DNA of 17,671 bases from Gemmatimonadota bacterium (lineage in GTDB: Bacteria > Gemmatimonadota > Gemmatimonadetes > Gemmatimonadales > GWC2-71-9): assembly GCA_039588295.1 (NCBI GenBank), contig JBDHAB010000053.1, positions 1 to 17,671 on the forward strand, in the 5' to 3' direction. Of the stretch, positions 6,747 to 15,153 are shown piece after piece. Position 1 is the stretch's first letter, and the number at the start of each line of letters is the position of its first letter. A model generated the notes under the pieces. It saw nothing but the letters and a program-made list of their open reading frames with translations. It was not told the DNA's origin and searched no databases. Both the position numbers and the translations under genes were made by a program.

Positions 6747-6831
6747 GAACAGAGGATCGGCGAGACCACCTTAGGACAAGCAGAGCGATCAGTTCGTTTC
6801 TGAACTTGAAAGACAACGCGAGGAGGCAACA

Positions 6832-6891
6832 ATGTCTTTGAAGGATCCGGTGTGTGGGAAGAGGATCAACCGTAGCAGTTGGCGATCTTGA
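6832..6891 (+). pseudogene. Truncated YHS/TRASH-domain gene (N-terminus only)
   Basis: GAGGAGG RBS, then MSLKDPVCGKRINRSSWRS*. DPVCG is the YHS signature; the FC..xC half is missing. Confidence 0.65.
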
Positions 6892-7064
6892 GATCTCGGG
6901 GCGTAGTTGGTTCACGGCGTGCTGGCACACACATGTACTACCGTATCACCGAGCCGAAGGTCTCGGCGGTTCTGAGCTGCATTCGATGCGGCGAACAGAC
7001 GGTCGATTCCCCACGGAGACTCTGGGATCGTGGCGCCAGTGGCCCGAATCCGGACAGCGTCTGA
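6876..7064 (+). pseudogene. C-terminal fragment of an ArsR/SmtB-family transcriptional regulator
   Basis: QLAILRSRGVVGSRRAGTHMYYRITEPKVSAVLSCIR corresponds to the recognition helix end and wing. An in-frame TAG at 6873-6875 sits directly upstream and the N-terminal half is absent. Confidence 0.75.
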
Positions 7065-7205
7065 AGGGCACCCTGCCGCGCAGCGGGCTGTACTGAGTGA
7101 TCTGGCGCAATTGCCCTGGTCAAATGAAGCACGTGCGAGATGGTTCGTCACATTGCTGACTTCGCCAAACGTAAACCTCACCTGCGCTTAGCATGGCTCC
7201 GAGCA

Positions 7206-7220
7206 TGGTGCGGCCCTTGC
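7206..7220 (+). promoter_or_regulatory. Candidate sigma54 promoter for the YHS-hypothetical-EamA unit
   Basis: TGGTGCGGCCCTTGC; shares TGG-N3-GGCCCTTGC with the PII promoter candidate. Confidence 0.55.
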
Positions 7221-7321
7221 TCTCTCTTGCCATCGAGGTGCAGGGAGGAGGCTCTGACGGTCGCCTCCACCAGCTTCACGAACAGAGCCACTGAAGAGGT
7301 ACGTGAGAAGGAGGTAGGATC

Positions 7322-7483
7322 ATGCGAGTCACCGATCGCGTCTGCGGCATGGAGTTCAAGCCCGAAGAGGCAGCCGCCACGGCGGAATATGGGGGAAGGA
7401 CGTACTACTTCTGCACCGAGGCATGCAAGAAGCAATTCGATGCCGATCCGGAGCGCTACGCCTACACGGCAGACGAGGCATGA
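7322..7483 (+). CDS. YHS-domain (TRASH) small metal-binding protein, 53 aa (not in ORF track)
   Basis: AAGGAGGT RBS; MRVTDRVCGMEFKPEEAAATAEYGGRTYYFCTEACKKQFDADPERYAYTADEA*. Confidence 0.92.
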   Translation: MRVTDRVCGMEFKPEEAAATAEYGGRTYYFCTEACKKQFDADPERYAYTADEA

Positions 7484-8020
7484 TGCCGGAAGGGGTACCC
7501 GGGACCGTTCCTCGCACAACGGTCTCGACGGTGTGTCCTGTCAGCGGGATCGACACGGGCATCGAGCGACAGCTAGACCCTGAGCTGGGTGTGGTCTCAC
7601 TGGATGAGCTCGAGACGCTCGTCCGCAACGAGTGGCGGAGACGGCTCGGATCGTCATCATACCGCCGGAAACACTCACGCTGCCTCGTTCGAGCTCTGAT
7701 AGTGTCCGCTCTCGGTCCCGACAGTCCCGTGCGGAGCGCAGTGGCTACCCAGTTGGTGTTGTGGGAACTGACGAGTCTCGGCACATGTGGTCTAGGGCGC
7801 GATGCTATCAAGCACGAGTTCCAGGCGCTAGTTCACGCCGTTCGACATGCCCTGTCGAACGTCGGTCTCGGACCTGGTCCGAGCCGCGAAATGGCTGACC
7901 AGATTGTGCAAATGCTGGGTGACACGGTCGGGTGGCTGGCGGTTGAGTCGGCAGACGGCGAAGCACCGTGCGGGTGTTCTCCCCAAGAGCCGCGATCAAG
8001 TCGGCTTGGCAAACGGGTCG
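7480..8020 (+). CDS. Hypothetical protein, translationally coupled to the YHS gene; 3' end uncertain
   Basis: ATGA overlap with the YHS stop; about 165 aa of helical, protein-like sequence (MMPEGVPG...LGDTVGWL). The frame does not stop until 8832, where it is an off-frame shadow of the EamA gene. Confidence 0.45.
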
Positions 8021-8959
8021 TTGAACTCGCAGGGGCGCATTGCGCTGGTGCTGCTCCTAGCGGCCGTTTACGCCGTCTGCTATTCGGCGATCAAGGTTGG
8101 ACTCGAGTTTGCACCACCGCTGCGCTTTGGAGGCATGCGGGCTGCGGCAGGAGGGGCTGCTCTCCTGGTGCTGTTGTCAATCCTGCGGCTGCCCTTGTTG
8201 CCCCCGCGGCGGTTCGTGCCGGGGACCCTGATTCTCGCGCTGGCAAGTACCCTTCTTGGGTACGGCGGCATGTTCCTCAGTCCCGGGCGCACTGGCGCCG
8301 GCATTGCGTCCGTGCTCGGCAACAGCGGTCCTCTCATCGTTGTCGCTCTCGCCGCAGCGTTCTTGGGAGAGCGGGTCACTCGCGGCAAGGTTGCCGCGAT
8401 GAGTCTAGGATTCGTCGGTGTGAGTCTCATAGCTTTTCCGGCGATCACCGATCCAACCCCATCCGGAGCCTGGGCCGCACTCTTACCCCTGAGTGCTGCG
8501 GTCGGATTCGCTGCGGGCACCGTGATTCTCAAGCGCATGAATGCGGGCGATGCATTCTTGAGTATCGCCGCATGGCAACTGCTCGTCGGCGGTGCATCGC
8601 TCCTATTCCTTGCGGCCCGGATGGAAGGCGGCGCTGCTATCGCCTGGAGCATTCCCTTCCTACTGCTACTGCTCTTCTTATCGCTGCTCGGGACCGCATT
8701 CGCGACCGCTCTCTGGTATTGGCTGATTCAGCGGGACGACGTGGGGCGCTTGAGCCTTTTGTTGCTCCTCGTGCCAGTGCTTGGACTTGGCCTGGCTGTC
8801 ATCCTTTTTCGCGAACGCATCGGCATACGTGAAGCGGTTGGCGTTCTTGTGACGGTCGCAGGACTCGCTGTTCTTGCCCGAGAATCCCGTGCGAAGGTCG
8901 TACTCCTCCACGGGAGAAGCATGCGAGGCCGCAGCTTCCGGACACCTGAGAAGGGCTGA
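8021..8959 (+). CDS. EamA / DMT-family transporter
   Basis: About 10 hydrophobic helices in two repeats; AIKVGLEFAPPLRFGGMR, AGIASVL...P, FLGERVT and LFRERI motifs. Start uncertain (TTG 8021; ORF open from 7847). Confidence 0.9.
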   Translation: MNSQGRIALVLLLAAVYAVCYSAIKVGLEFAPPLRFGGMRAAAGGAALLVLLSILRLPLLPPRRFVPGTLILALASTLLGYGGMFLSPGRTGAGIASVLGNSGPLIVVALAAAFLGERVTRGKVAAMSLGFVGVSLIAFPAITDPTPSGAWAALLPLSAAVGFAAGTVILKRMNAGDAFLSIAAWQLLVGGASLLFLAARMEGGAAIAWSIPFLLLLLFLSLLGTAFATALWYWLIQRDDVGRLSLLLLLVPVLGLGLAVILFRERIGIREAVGVLVTVAGLAVLARESRAKVVLLHGRSMRGRSFRTPEKG

Positions 8960-9127
8960 GGTGCCTCAGTCTACCTTCACACATGCTGGGCTAATTGCGG
9001 ACCAGTACTCGGCATCGGTGACTCCCCTGGCCGCATTTGAATCTCGGCGAGAGCCCGAAGGATCCTTCTTGGCCGCTCCTTGCTGAGGCAGGTTCGACGC
9101 GGGCGACGCGGCACTGAGGCCAGCGCA

Positions 9128-9628
9128 TCATAGGTCGCGGCTCACCGAGATCCGACCCTCGAGGACGTGAACGCCATAACGATCCAGCGGCCGAGGGGGA
9201 GGCCCTCCAACATTGACGCCGTTGAGGTCGAAGTGGCCGTTGTGACAGGCGCACCAGATGTGACGAAGGTCAGACCGATACTGCACAGTGCAGCCGAGGT
9301 GGGTGCAGACCGCGGAGAATGCGCGCAGCTCGCCGTCCGGCATGCGCACCAGAATGCCCGGTTGGGACCCAAACTTGAAAATGGTTCCCGTATTTGAGGC
9401 CACGTCCTCCGCGGCCAGGGATAGTGCGACGGACGCCTTGGCCGACTCCCTTGTCGCTGGTGGAATGAGGAACTGGACAACCGGGTACAACGCCGACAGC
9501 ACTATCCCGCCGATGCCGGTGCCGATCAGTCGATCGATGAATGACCGCCGCGAGCCCGGCCGCAACTGCGCAGCTTGCACATCGCGTGACCGCTCAGCCT
9601 CTCTCGCGGACTCACTCTGTTTCCTCAC
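9128..9628 (-). CDS. Rieske [2Fe-2S] protein (QcrA/PetC-like)
   Basis: Tat-like SRRSFI plus a TM helix; CTHLGC and CACHNGHF boxes; GPPPRPL. Confidence 0.93.
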   Translation of the reverse strand: MRKQSESAREAERSRDVQAAQLRPGSRRSFIDRLIGTGIGGIVLSALYPVVQFLIPPATRESAKASVALSLAAEDVASNTGTIFKFGSQPGILVRMPDGELRAFSAVCTHLGCTVQYRSDLRHIWCACHNGHFDLNGVNVGGPPPRPLDRYGVHVLEGRISVSRDL

Positions 9629-9917
9629 AGAGCACCTCGCCCCTGGGTGGTACCGTCAAGCCACCCAATCACGCGAGTGCATGGAGTAGACCTCGTGTAG
9701 CACATACCTAAGCGACTGCAGTACGGCCACCTGGCGGGTTGTCCCGCCGGAAGCCGTCGTGAGAAACGGGTGATATCGTCAGGCGAGTGGGTGAGATCGC
9801 GCGGTGGCCCGCAGCACCCAAGATCCGAGATGTGACAGCACTCGCGGGACCATTGGCCAACCCCTCGGGGGAAACTGCCGCGCAGCACGACTTTAGGTGC
9901 CCGAGGTGTCATCGCTC

Positions 9918-9932
9918 TGGCATACCGCACGC
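9918..9932 (+). promoter_or_regulatory. Candidate sigma54 promoter for the TlpA-family gene
   Basis: TGGCATACCGCACGC (TGGCA, GG-N10-GC), overlapped by the inverted repeat cataccg-N6-cggtatg (9921-9940). Confidence 0.45.
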
Positions 9933-9983
9933 TCGGTATGGAGGTTGCGACACACAAGAGGCAACCGGAAGGGATGGGAACCT

Positions 9984-10535
9984 CTGTCAAACAGGGCACA
10001 GTGGATTGCGGTGAGTATTGTTGCCGGTGTCCTCGCAGCACTCGTCGGCGCCGGTGTAGCGCTGACGTCCGACGTGAGTCCGGCCAACCCAGGCGCGAAG
10101 GCACCTGGCTTCATGGCAGTGCGCGTGACGACCGGAGACACGGTCTCGCTGTCCGACTATGCCGGCACGGTGATCCTGTTGAACGTCTGGGCGACCTGGT
10201 GCCTTCCCTGCGAGAAGGAAATGCCGTCGATGCAGCGATTGCACGAGACACTGGGCTCAAGCGGGCTCAAGGTCGTCGCGGTGAGTATTGACGAGAGCAC
10301 GTCGGAGCACGTACGCGACTGGGCACGCGAGCGAAATCTCACCTTTGAGATCTTGCATGACCGTCGGGGAACGATCCAGCGCACCTATCAGACCACCGGT
10401 GTGCCGGAGAGCTTCATCATCGATCGGCACGGCACGATCGTGAAGCGTGTGATCGGCGCCTACGAATGGGACCAACCAGCGGTGATCTCCACGTTCCGAC
10501 GCCTGCTCAGTCTAGACGTGGAGACGCAGTCTTAG
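9984..10535 (+). CDS. TlpA/ResA-family membrane-anchored thiol-disulfide reductase
   Basis: N-terminal TM anchor, LLNVWATWCLPCEKEMP and GVPESFIIDRHG. Start uncertain (CTG 9984, GTG 10011, or ORF-track GTG 9897). Confidence 0.92.
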   Translation: MSNRAQWIAVSIVAGVLAALVGAGVALTSDVSPANPGAKAPGFMAVRVTTGDTVSLSDYAGTVILLNVWATWCLPCEKEMPSMQRLHETLGSSGLKVVAVSIDESTSEHVRDWARERNLTFEILHDRRGTIQRTYQTTGVPESFIIDRHGTIVKRVIGAYEWDQPAVISTFRRLLSLDVETQS

Positions 10536-10554
10536 CCGGAGCGCGTGCGGAATA

Positions 10555-11931
10555 TCACTTGGGCTTCTCAACCAGGCTGTACTTCTCCAGCCGGTACCGC
10601 AGCGTGTCTCGACTCAGCCCTAGGAGCTCCGCCGCGCGCGTCTTGTTGCCCCGCGCCTGCTCCAACGCTTGGGTAAGCAGGTCCTTTTCCAGCTGTTCGA
10701 GATTCACGCCACCCGCAGGCAGCCGATATCCGGGAACCAGATCTGCCGCTCGCATCCCCAAGCGCAGTTCATCCGGAAGGTGTTCCGGCAAGATCTCGAC
10801 GCTTTCTTCCAGGATCACTGCTCGCTCGATGACGTTTCGCACCTCGCGTACGTTCCCGGGCCACGCGTACCGCTCCAGCATACGAATGGCGTCCTTGGAA
10901 AGAACGCGACCTGCGCGTCTCATGGCCGTGGTCAACTGGTCGAGAAAGTGCTTCGCCAAGGGTTCTACGTCCTCCGGACGTTCCCGGAGCGGCGGGATCA
11001 GGATGGGGAACACATTCAATCGATAGAAGAGATCACGCCGAAAGGAGCCGTCACCGAGTCCAGCTTCGAGATCGCGATTGGTGGACGCTATGATACGGAC
11101 GTCCACACTTATATCTCGGACACCTCCCACCCGCTTGAAAGTCCTGGTCTCGAGGAACCGCAGCAGTTTGGCCTGCGCACCGCCGGGCAGGTCGCCGATC
11201 TCGTCCAGCAGCACCGTTCCGCGGTCCGCCAGCTCCATCAGGCCCTGCTTGCGCTCCCGCGCATCCGTGAAGGCGCCTTTCTCATGTCCGAACAATTCGG
11301 ACTCCAGCAGCGTTTCGGGCAATGCGGTGCAATTGATCTCCAGGAATGGAGATTCAGACCGGGCACTCTGCGCGTGGATCGCTTGTGCCACGACCTCCTT
11401 GCCCGTGCCGCTTTCCCCACGCAGGAGTACCGTCGTGCCCTCACTCGCCGCGACCTTGCCGACCAGCCTGACCACCTGCTGCATCGCCTCGGACCGTCCC
11501 ACGATCTGCACTCCGGCAAACTGCCATCCGGCCTGTCGCCGTAATGCTGTCACGGTCCGCTTCAGCGCGCGCGTCTCCAGTCCTTTCTCCAGTGTGATCA
11601 ACACGTCCTCGAGCTTGGGGGGCTTCTCGAGGAAGTGATATGCGCCAAGCTTCACCGCCTCCACGGCCGTATTGATGTCGCCATGCGCGGTGAGCATCAT
11701 CGCCACCAGTTGCTCGTCCACATCCAAGAACTCTCGGAGCAGATCCATCCCGCTGCCGTCAGGGAGCTTGAGATCGAGCAACACCGCTTCCGGGGAAGAA
11801 ATCTGATACGCCTCACGCGCGGACTGTGCGGTGTCTGCGAGAATCACGTTGTACCCGGCATCCCCAAGGTGTGCGTCCAGCCACACCCGGATGAGCTTCT
11901 CATCGTCAACAACGAGTATTGTGCGACTCAC
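10555..11931 (-). CDS. Sigma54-dependent NtrC/ZraR/AtoC-family response regulator (REC-AAA+-HTH)
   Basis: ILVVDDE, LLDLKLPD, GESGTGKE, ESELFGHEKGAFTDA, LLDEIGD, WPGNVRE and a Fis-type HTH GNKTRAAELLGLSRDTLRYRL. GTG 11931 overlaps the kinase stop (GTGA). Confidence 0.95.
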   Translation of the reverse strand: MSRTILVVDDEKLIRVWLDAHLGDAGYNVILADTAQSAREAYQISSPEAVLLDLKLPDGSGMDLLREFLDVDEQLVAMMLTAHGDINTAVEAVKLGAYHFLEKPPKLEDVLITLEKGLETRALKRTVTALRRQAGWQFAGVQIVGRSEAMQQVVRLVGKVAASEGTTVLLRGESGTGKEVVAQAIHAQSARSESPFLEINCTALPETLLESELFGHEKGAFTDARERKQGLMELADRGTVLLDEIGDLPGGAQAKLLRFLETRTFKRVGGVRDISVDVRIIASTNRDLEAGLGDGSFRRDLFYRLNVFPILIPPLRERPEDVEPLAKHFLDQLTTAMRRAGRVLSKDAIRMLERYAWPGNVREVRNVIERAVILEESVEILPEHLPDELRLGMRAADLVPGYRLPAGGVNLEQLEKDLLTQALEQARGNKTRAAELLGLSRDTLRYRLEKYSLVEKPK

Positions 11932-13685
11932 GGCGTTCCGTCTTCCTTTCTCACGAGCGGGAGCGCCACGACGAACGTCGCACCGCCCCCGGGGGAGTCT
12001 TCGACCCACATCCTGCCGCCGTGCCGTGCGACGATCTGGCGGGAGATCGGCAATCCCAGGCCTGTGCCCTGGTGTTTAGTGGTAAAGAAGGGTCGGAAGA
12101 TCTCCCTCTTGATCTCTTCAGGCACCCCAGGCCCACCGTCTCGCACCACGATCCTGAGCTCGGGCGGTTGCGGCTCGAGCACAACGGTGAGCTTGCCACC
12201 CTCACCCATGGCATCGATCCCATTGAGCATGAGATTCACCAGCACCTGGACCGTCAACTCGGGGTCGGCCCGAACGGCAACTGTGACCTCTGCGGGCTTC
12301 ACGAGAACCTCGACACCCGCAGCCTTGGCGTGTGGCTCGACGACGCGTGCTGCGCGCTCCACTACGTTGTTCGGATCCACCACGACGTCCCGAAGCTGCG
12401 GCGGACGAGCATAGCGAAGCAGCTGCGACGTCGTCCCTTCGATCCGACGGAGTTGCTGCTGTGCCTCTTCGAGGAGCCCTCGTGCGGCATCCTCGACGGG
12501 CAGCCCCTTCAAAGCCAACTCGACAGCCCCAAGCACCCCGGTCAACGGGTTGCGGATCTCGTGCGCGATCCCGCTGGCCATCTCGCCCACGGTCGCGAGT
12601 TGCTGGGCTCGCTCCATATCCTGCTCGTGCAAGCGAGTTATCTCAGCCCGTGACTGCTGCAGATCCGTTGCCATCTGATCAAACGCGTCCACCAGGAGCC
12701 GCACTTCGGCAGCACCGGATGCCTGCAAGGGACGGAAGGGCTCCCCGTGTCCAAAGTCGCGCGCAACCCCGGCCAGTTCGCGCAGAGGAGTACTGATCGA
12801 TTTGGTGGCAAAAACAGCAGTCGCGAAGATCAGAACCACCAGCACGGAGGCCGCGAGCAGCGCGGCGTTTCGGAGGCCGGCGAGTGGCGCAAGCGCGGTG
12901 CGAATGGGCAGCGCCGCGGCAAACGTCCAGTCCGTCTCAGCAACGGAGGTCGAGACGATCACCGACCTGACTCCGGACACGAGAGCCCGCATCGTCGTTG
13001 CCACGTCCGGCGCCGAGCAACACACCGCCGCGGCGATGTCAGGCTCTGCATGCTCGTGAGAGACGAGGATCGCGCGCCCCGACACGTCGAATACAGCCGT
13101 CTCCACATTCCCCATCAGGTGTTCCGGCATGGAGAACAGGCGCAAAAACTCTTCGGACCGGACGTGCCCCTCGAGCCAGACCGTCTGAGTCCCCTCCACC
13201 GGGACGGCTAACAGGTACGCGACTGGTCGGTCATTGTCCCAATGCAGGGCCACCTGTTCCTCGGTCCATACCGCAGCTGGGGCGCGTTCCGGCCAATCCG
13301 GCGCCGTGTTCCGGAGCGCAACGCTCGTGAGCACCCGCCCGTCGGCCTGCACCACCCGCAGTCCGTCAAACACACCGTCTTCCGGAAGGCTCTGTGCCAG
13401 GTACGACGCAAGCGCATCGGACGACATGGCAGTCGCTACTTCAGCCCCTGGCAGCCTGCCGGTAATGGTGCGCAAGATCAATCGCTCTCGCGTCAACTCC
13501 GTTGCCAGGTGTACAGCCTGTTGCCGCCCCAGCTCCCGGAGCGCCGCCTCCGCCTGTCCGAGGATGACAGCCCGACTCACCATGTAGCCAACCACGCTGG
13601 TCGCCGCCACCGGGATCGCGCCAAACGCAAGCAGCAGGACGAGCAATTGCGTGCCGAGCGGTACGCCGGTCGGGAACCGTTTCAT
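11928..13685 (-). CDS. Membrane sensor histidine kinase (periplasmic sensor, HAMP, HisKA, HATPase)
   Basis: Two TM segments, HAMP (PLRELA...EVRLLVDAFDQM), H-box AHEIRNPL, N-box NLMLNGIDAM, DGGPG, FRPFFTTK and GTGLGL. Start ATG 13685 or TTG 13724. Confidence 0.95.
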   Translation of the reverse strand: MKRFPTGVPLGTQLLVLLLAFGAIPVAATSVVGYMVSRAVILGQAEAALRELGRQQAVHLATELTRERLILRTITGRLPGAEVATAMSSDALASYLAQSLPEDGVFDGLRVVQADGRVLTSVALRNTAPDWPERAPAAVWTEEQVALHWDNDRPVAYLLAVPVEGTQTVWLEGHVRSEEFLRLFSMPEHLMGNVETAVFDVSGRAILVSHEHAEPDIAAAVCCSAPDVATTMRALVSGVRSVIVSTSVAETDWTFAAALPIRTALAPLAGLRNAALLAASVLVVLIFATAVFATKSISTPLRELAGVARDFGHGEPFRPLQASGAAEVRLLVDAFDQMATDLQQSRAEITRLHEQDMERAQQLATVGEMASGIAHEIRNPLTGVLGAVELALKGLPVEDAARGLLEEAQQQLRRIEGTTSQLLRYARPPQLRDVVVDPNNVVERAARVVEPHAKAAGVEVLVKPAEVTVAVRADPELTVQVLVNLMLNGIDAMGEGGKLTVVLEPQPPELRIVVRDGGPGVPEEIKREIFRPFFTTKHQGTGLGLPISRQIVARHGGRMWVEDSPGGGATFVVALPLVRKEDGTP

Positions 13686-13766
13686 CGGCAGCACGGTGAG
13701 TCTGATTCGGGGCTTCTCCCCCAACGCCCGCGGGATATCGCGACCGTGGTCAGGATTAACCCCGTT

Positions 13767-13787
13767 GGCAGATGCGACGTATCTGCC
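13767..13787. promoter_or_regulatory. Palindrome in the divergent kinase / Spy-like intergenic region (candidate regulator site)
   Basis: ggcagatgcg-a-cgtatctgcc, 9 of 10 arm positions complementary. Confidence 0.4.
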
Positions 13788-13819
13788 TGTAAATCAAGCA
13801 TATCGAGTTCGCGGCCTCG

Positions 13820-13834
13820 TGGGTTCGAAGTTGC
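13820..13834 (+). promoter_or_regulatory. Weak candidate sigma54 promoter for the Spy/CpxP-like gene
   Basis: TGGGTTCGAAGTTGC (TGG-N8-TTGC, but lacks CAC). Confidence 0.35.
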
Positions 13835-13946
13835 CTCATTGCTACTCGAGAGTGCAAGCCCCGAACCGCAGCACCCCTGCGAGTTCGGACGACTCGGCAA
13901 CCGCAATCGAGGCACACTGCCTCGAAGCAACTCCAAGAGGTGACAC

Positions 13947-14627
13947 ATGAGAACCAGAATCGCGAACCGGTGGGTCCGTCGGGCCACCGCCGTCTTGGCC
14001 ATAACGTTGATGCCAGCGGCCGTGGACGCGCAGACCGAGGGCGCAGAGCACACTCATCCGAACCCTGAGACCACGACCTCACCTTGCCCCATGCACAGCA
14101 TGATGGGTTCGGGAATGATGTCCGGAGGCATGGGTGGAACAATGATGAGGCAGGACGGCATGTCCGGCATGAACATGATGATGGGCATGCATTCGGGGAA
14201 GGTGGCGATGCAAGCAATGCGGTATCAGCCACACCACATCCTCTCGCAGGCCGAGAACCTCGGGCTTACGGCAGACCAGGTGGCGCAGATCAAATCGCTG
14301 ACGAACCCGAGGCTGATGCACAACCAAGACGTCGGCGCCACCCAGGCAGAACTCGAGCGCGCGTTCGAGTCCGAGCCCGACACTGCAGCGGTGAGATCAG
14401 CTGCCAAGATGCTCTCAAACCAGATGGCAACGATGCATGTGGAGATGTTAGTCACCGGAGCCGCCGTGCGCGGGATCCTCACTGCCGACCAGCGTGACAC
14501 GGTCGACTCCATGCGGGGCGGGATGATGTCGTCGAAGTGCCAGGGAATGAAGATGAAGTCGACGGGCACTGGCACGGCCGACCATCAGCAGCATCATCCC
14601 GGTCGCGAGCCTGAATCGCTGCGCTGA
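13947..14627 (+). CDS. Met/His-rich periplasmic Spy/CpxP/ZraP-like (LTxxQ) protein, probable metal binder
   Basis: GAGG RBS and signal peptide (...AVDA/Q); long Met-Gly-rich tract; two LTADQ motifs; His-rich termini. Confidence 0.8.
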   Translation: MRTRIANRWVRRATAVLAITLMPAAVDAQTEGAEHTHPNPETTTSPCPMHSMMGSGMMSGGMGGTMMRQDGMSGMNMMMGMHSGKVAMQAMRYQPHHILSQAENLGLTADQVAQIKSLTNPRLMHNQDVGATQAELERAFESEPDTAAVRSAAKMLSNQMATMHVEMLVTGAAVRGILTADQRDTVDSMRGGMMSSKCQGMKMKSTGTGTADHQQHHPGREPESLR

Positions 14628-14674
14628 CACAGCCGTCTCCGAGAACGCGTGTAGCCGGCGCCCGGTCGGGGCCC

Positions 14675-14723
14675 GTTGCGTCCGCACGGTGGGGAGACAA
14701 GGTGACCACTGTGCGGGCGCAAC
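14675..14723 (+). terminator. 18-bp stem-loop after the Spy-like gene
   Basis: gttgcgtccgcacggtgg / ccactgtgcgggcgcaac; both non-Watson-Crick pairs are G-U on the + strand; no U-tract. Confidence 0.5.
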
Positions 14724-15014
14724 ACTCGTGTATCACCGGTTGTTCGCTCGCCCCGATCTCACTGGGGCATTTGCCGTTCAGGCTGTGTGACCTGCCGCAG
14801 TACAGGGTCCCGCCAATGCGAAGCACATCTCCCTAGGACGTTGTCTTCCAAGAGCATACGTTAGGTGTTCGGGCACGGCCCGCTTTCTGCGCTTGTGGAA
14901 ATCCGTAGTCGCACACGTTCGGGCAGGATGCCCGGGAGATGTGTGCCGTCGTCGCAGCCCAAGTCGACGCACCGAAGTGACGGGTTGCTTTCCCTTGGCG
15001 ACGGAGCGCATCGT

Positions 15015-15029
15015 TGGCCGGGCTCCTGC
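15015..15029 (+). promoter_or_regulatory. Candidate sigma54 promoter for the efflux operon
   Basis: TGGCCGGGCTCCTGC (TGGC...CTGC, GG-N10-GC), about 125 nt upstream of ATG 15154. Confidence 0.45.
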
Positions 15030-15153
15030 CCGAACAGCAAGCGGGATTATGCGATCCACAGCTGGAAAACCGACAAAGGTGTTCGTCGATGACTCGAGTG
15101 AGGGATCGAAGAAGCGGACCGCGCGGGTCCGCCGAACGGCGAGGAGCAAACGG

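Noticed and set aside
7423..8832. 469-aa ORF as one real protein
   Set aside because: The second half is Arg/Ala/Cys-rich off-frame translation of the EamA gene.
10466..13943. Multiple long plus-strand ORFs (e.g. 10669-11544, 11635-12414, 13242-13943)
   Set aside because: Antisense shadows of the two-component genes, typical of GC-rich DNA, with no recognisable motifs.
14893..15153. 87-codon N-terminal extension of the TolC ORF
   Set aside because: The RBS and signal peptide indicate the start at ATG 15154.
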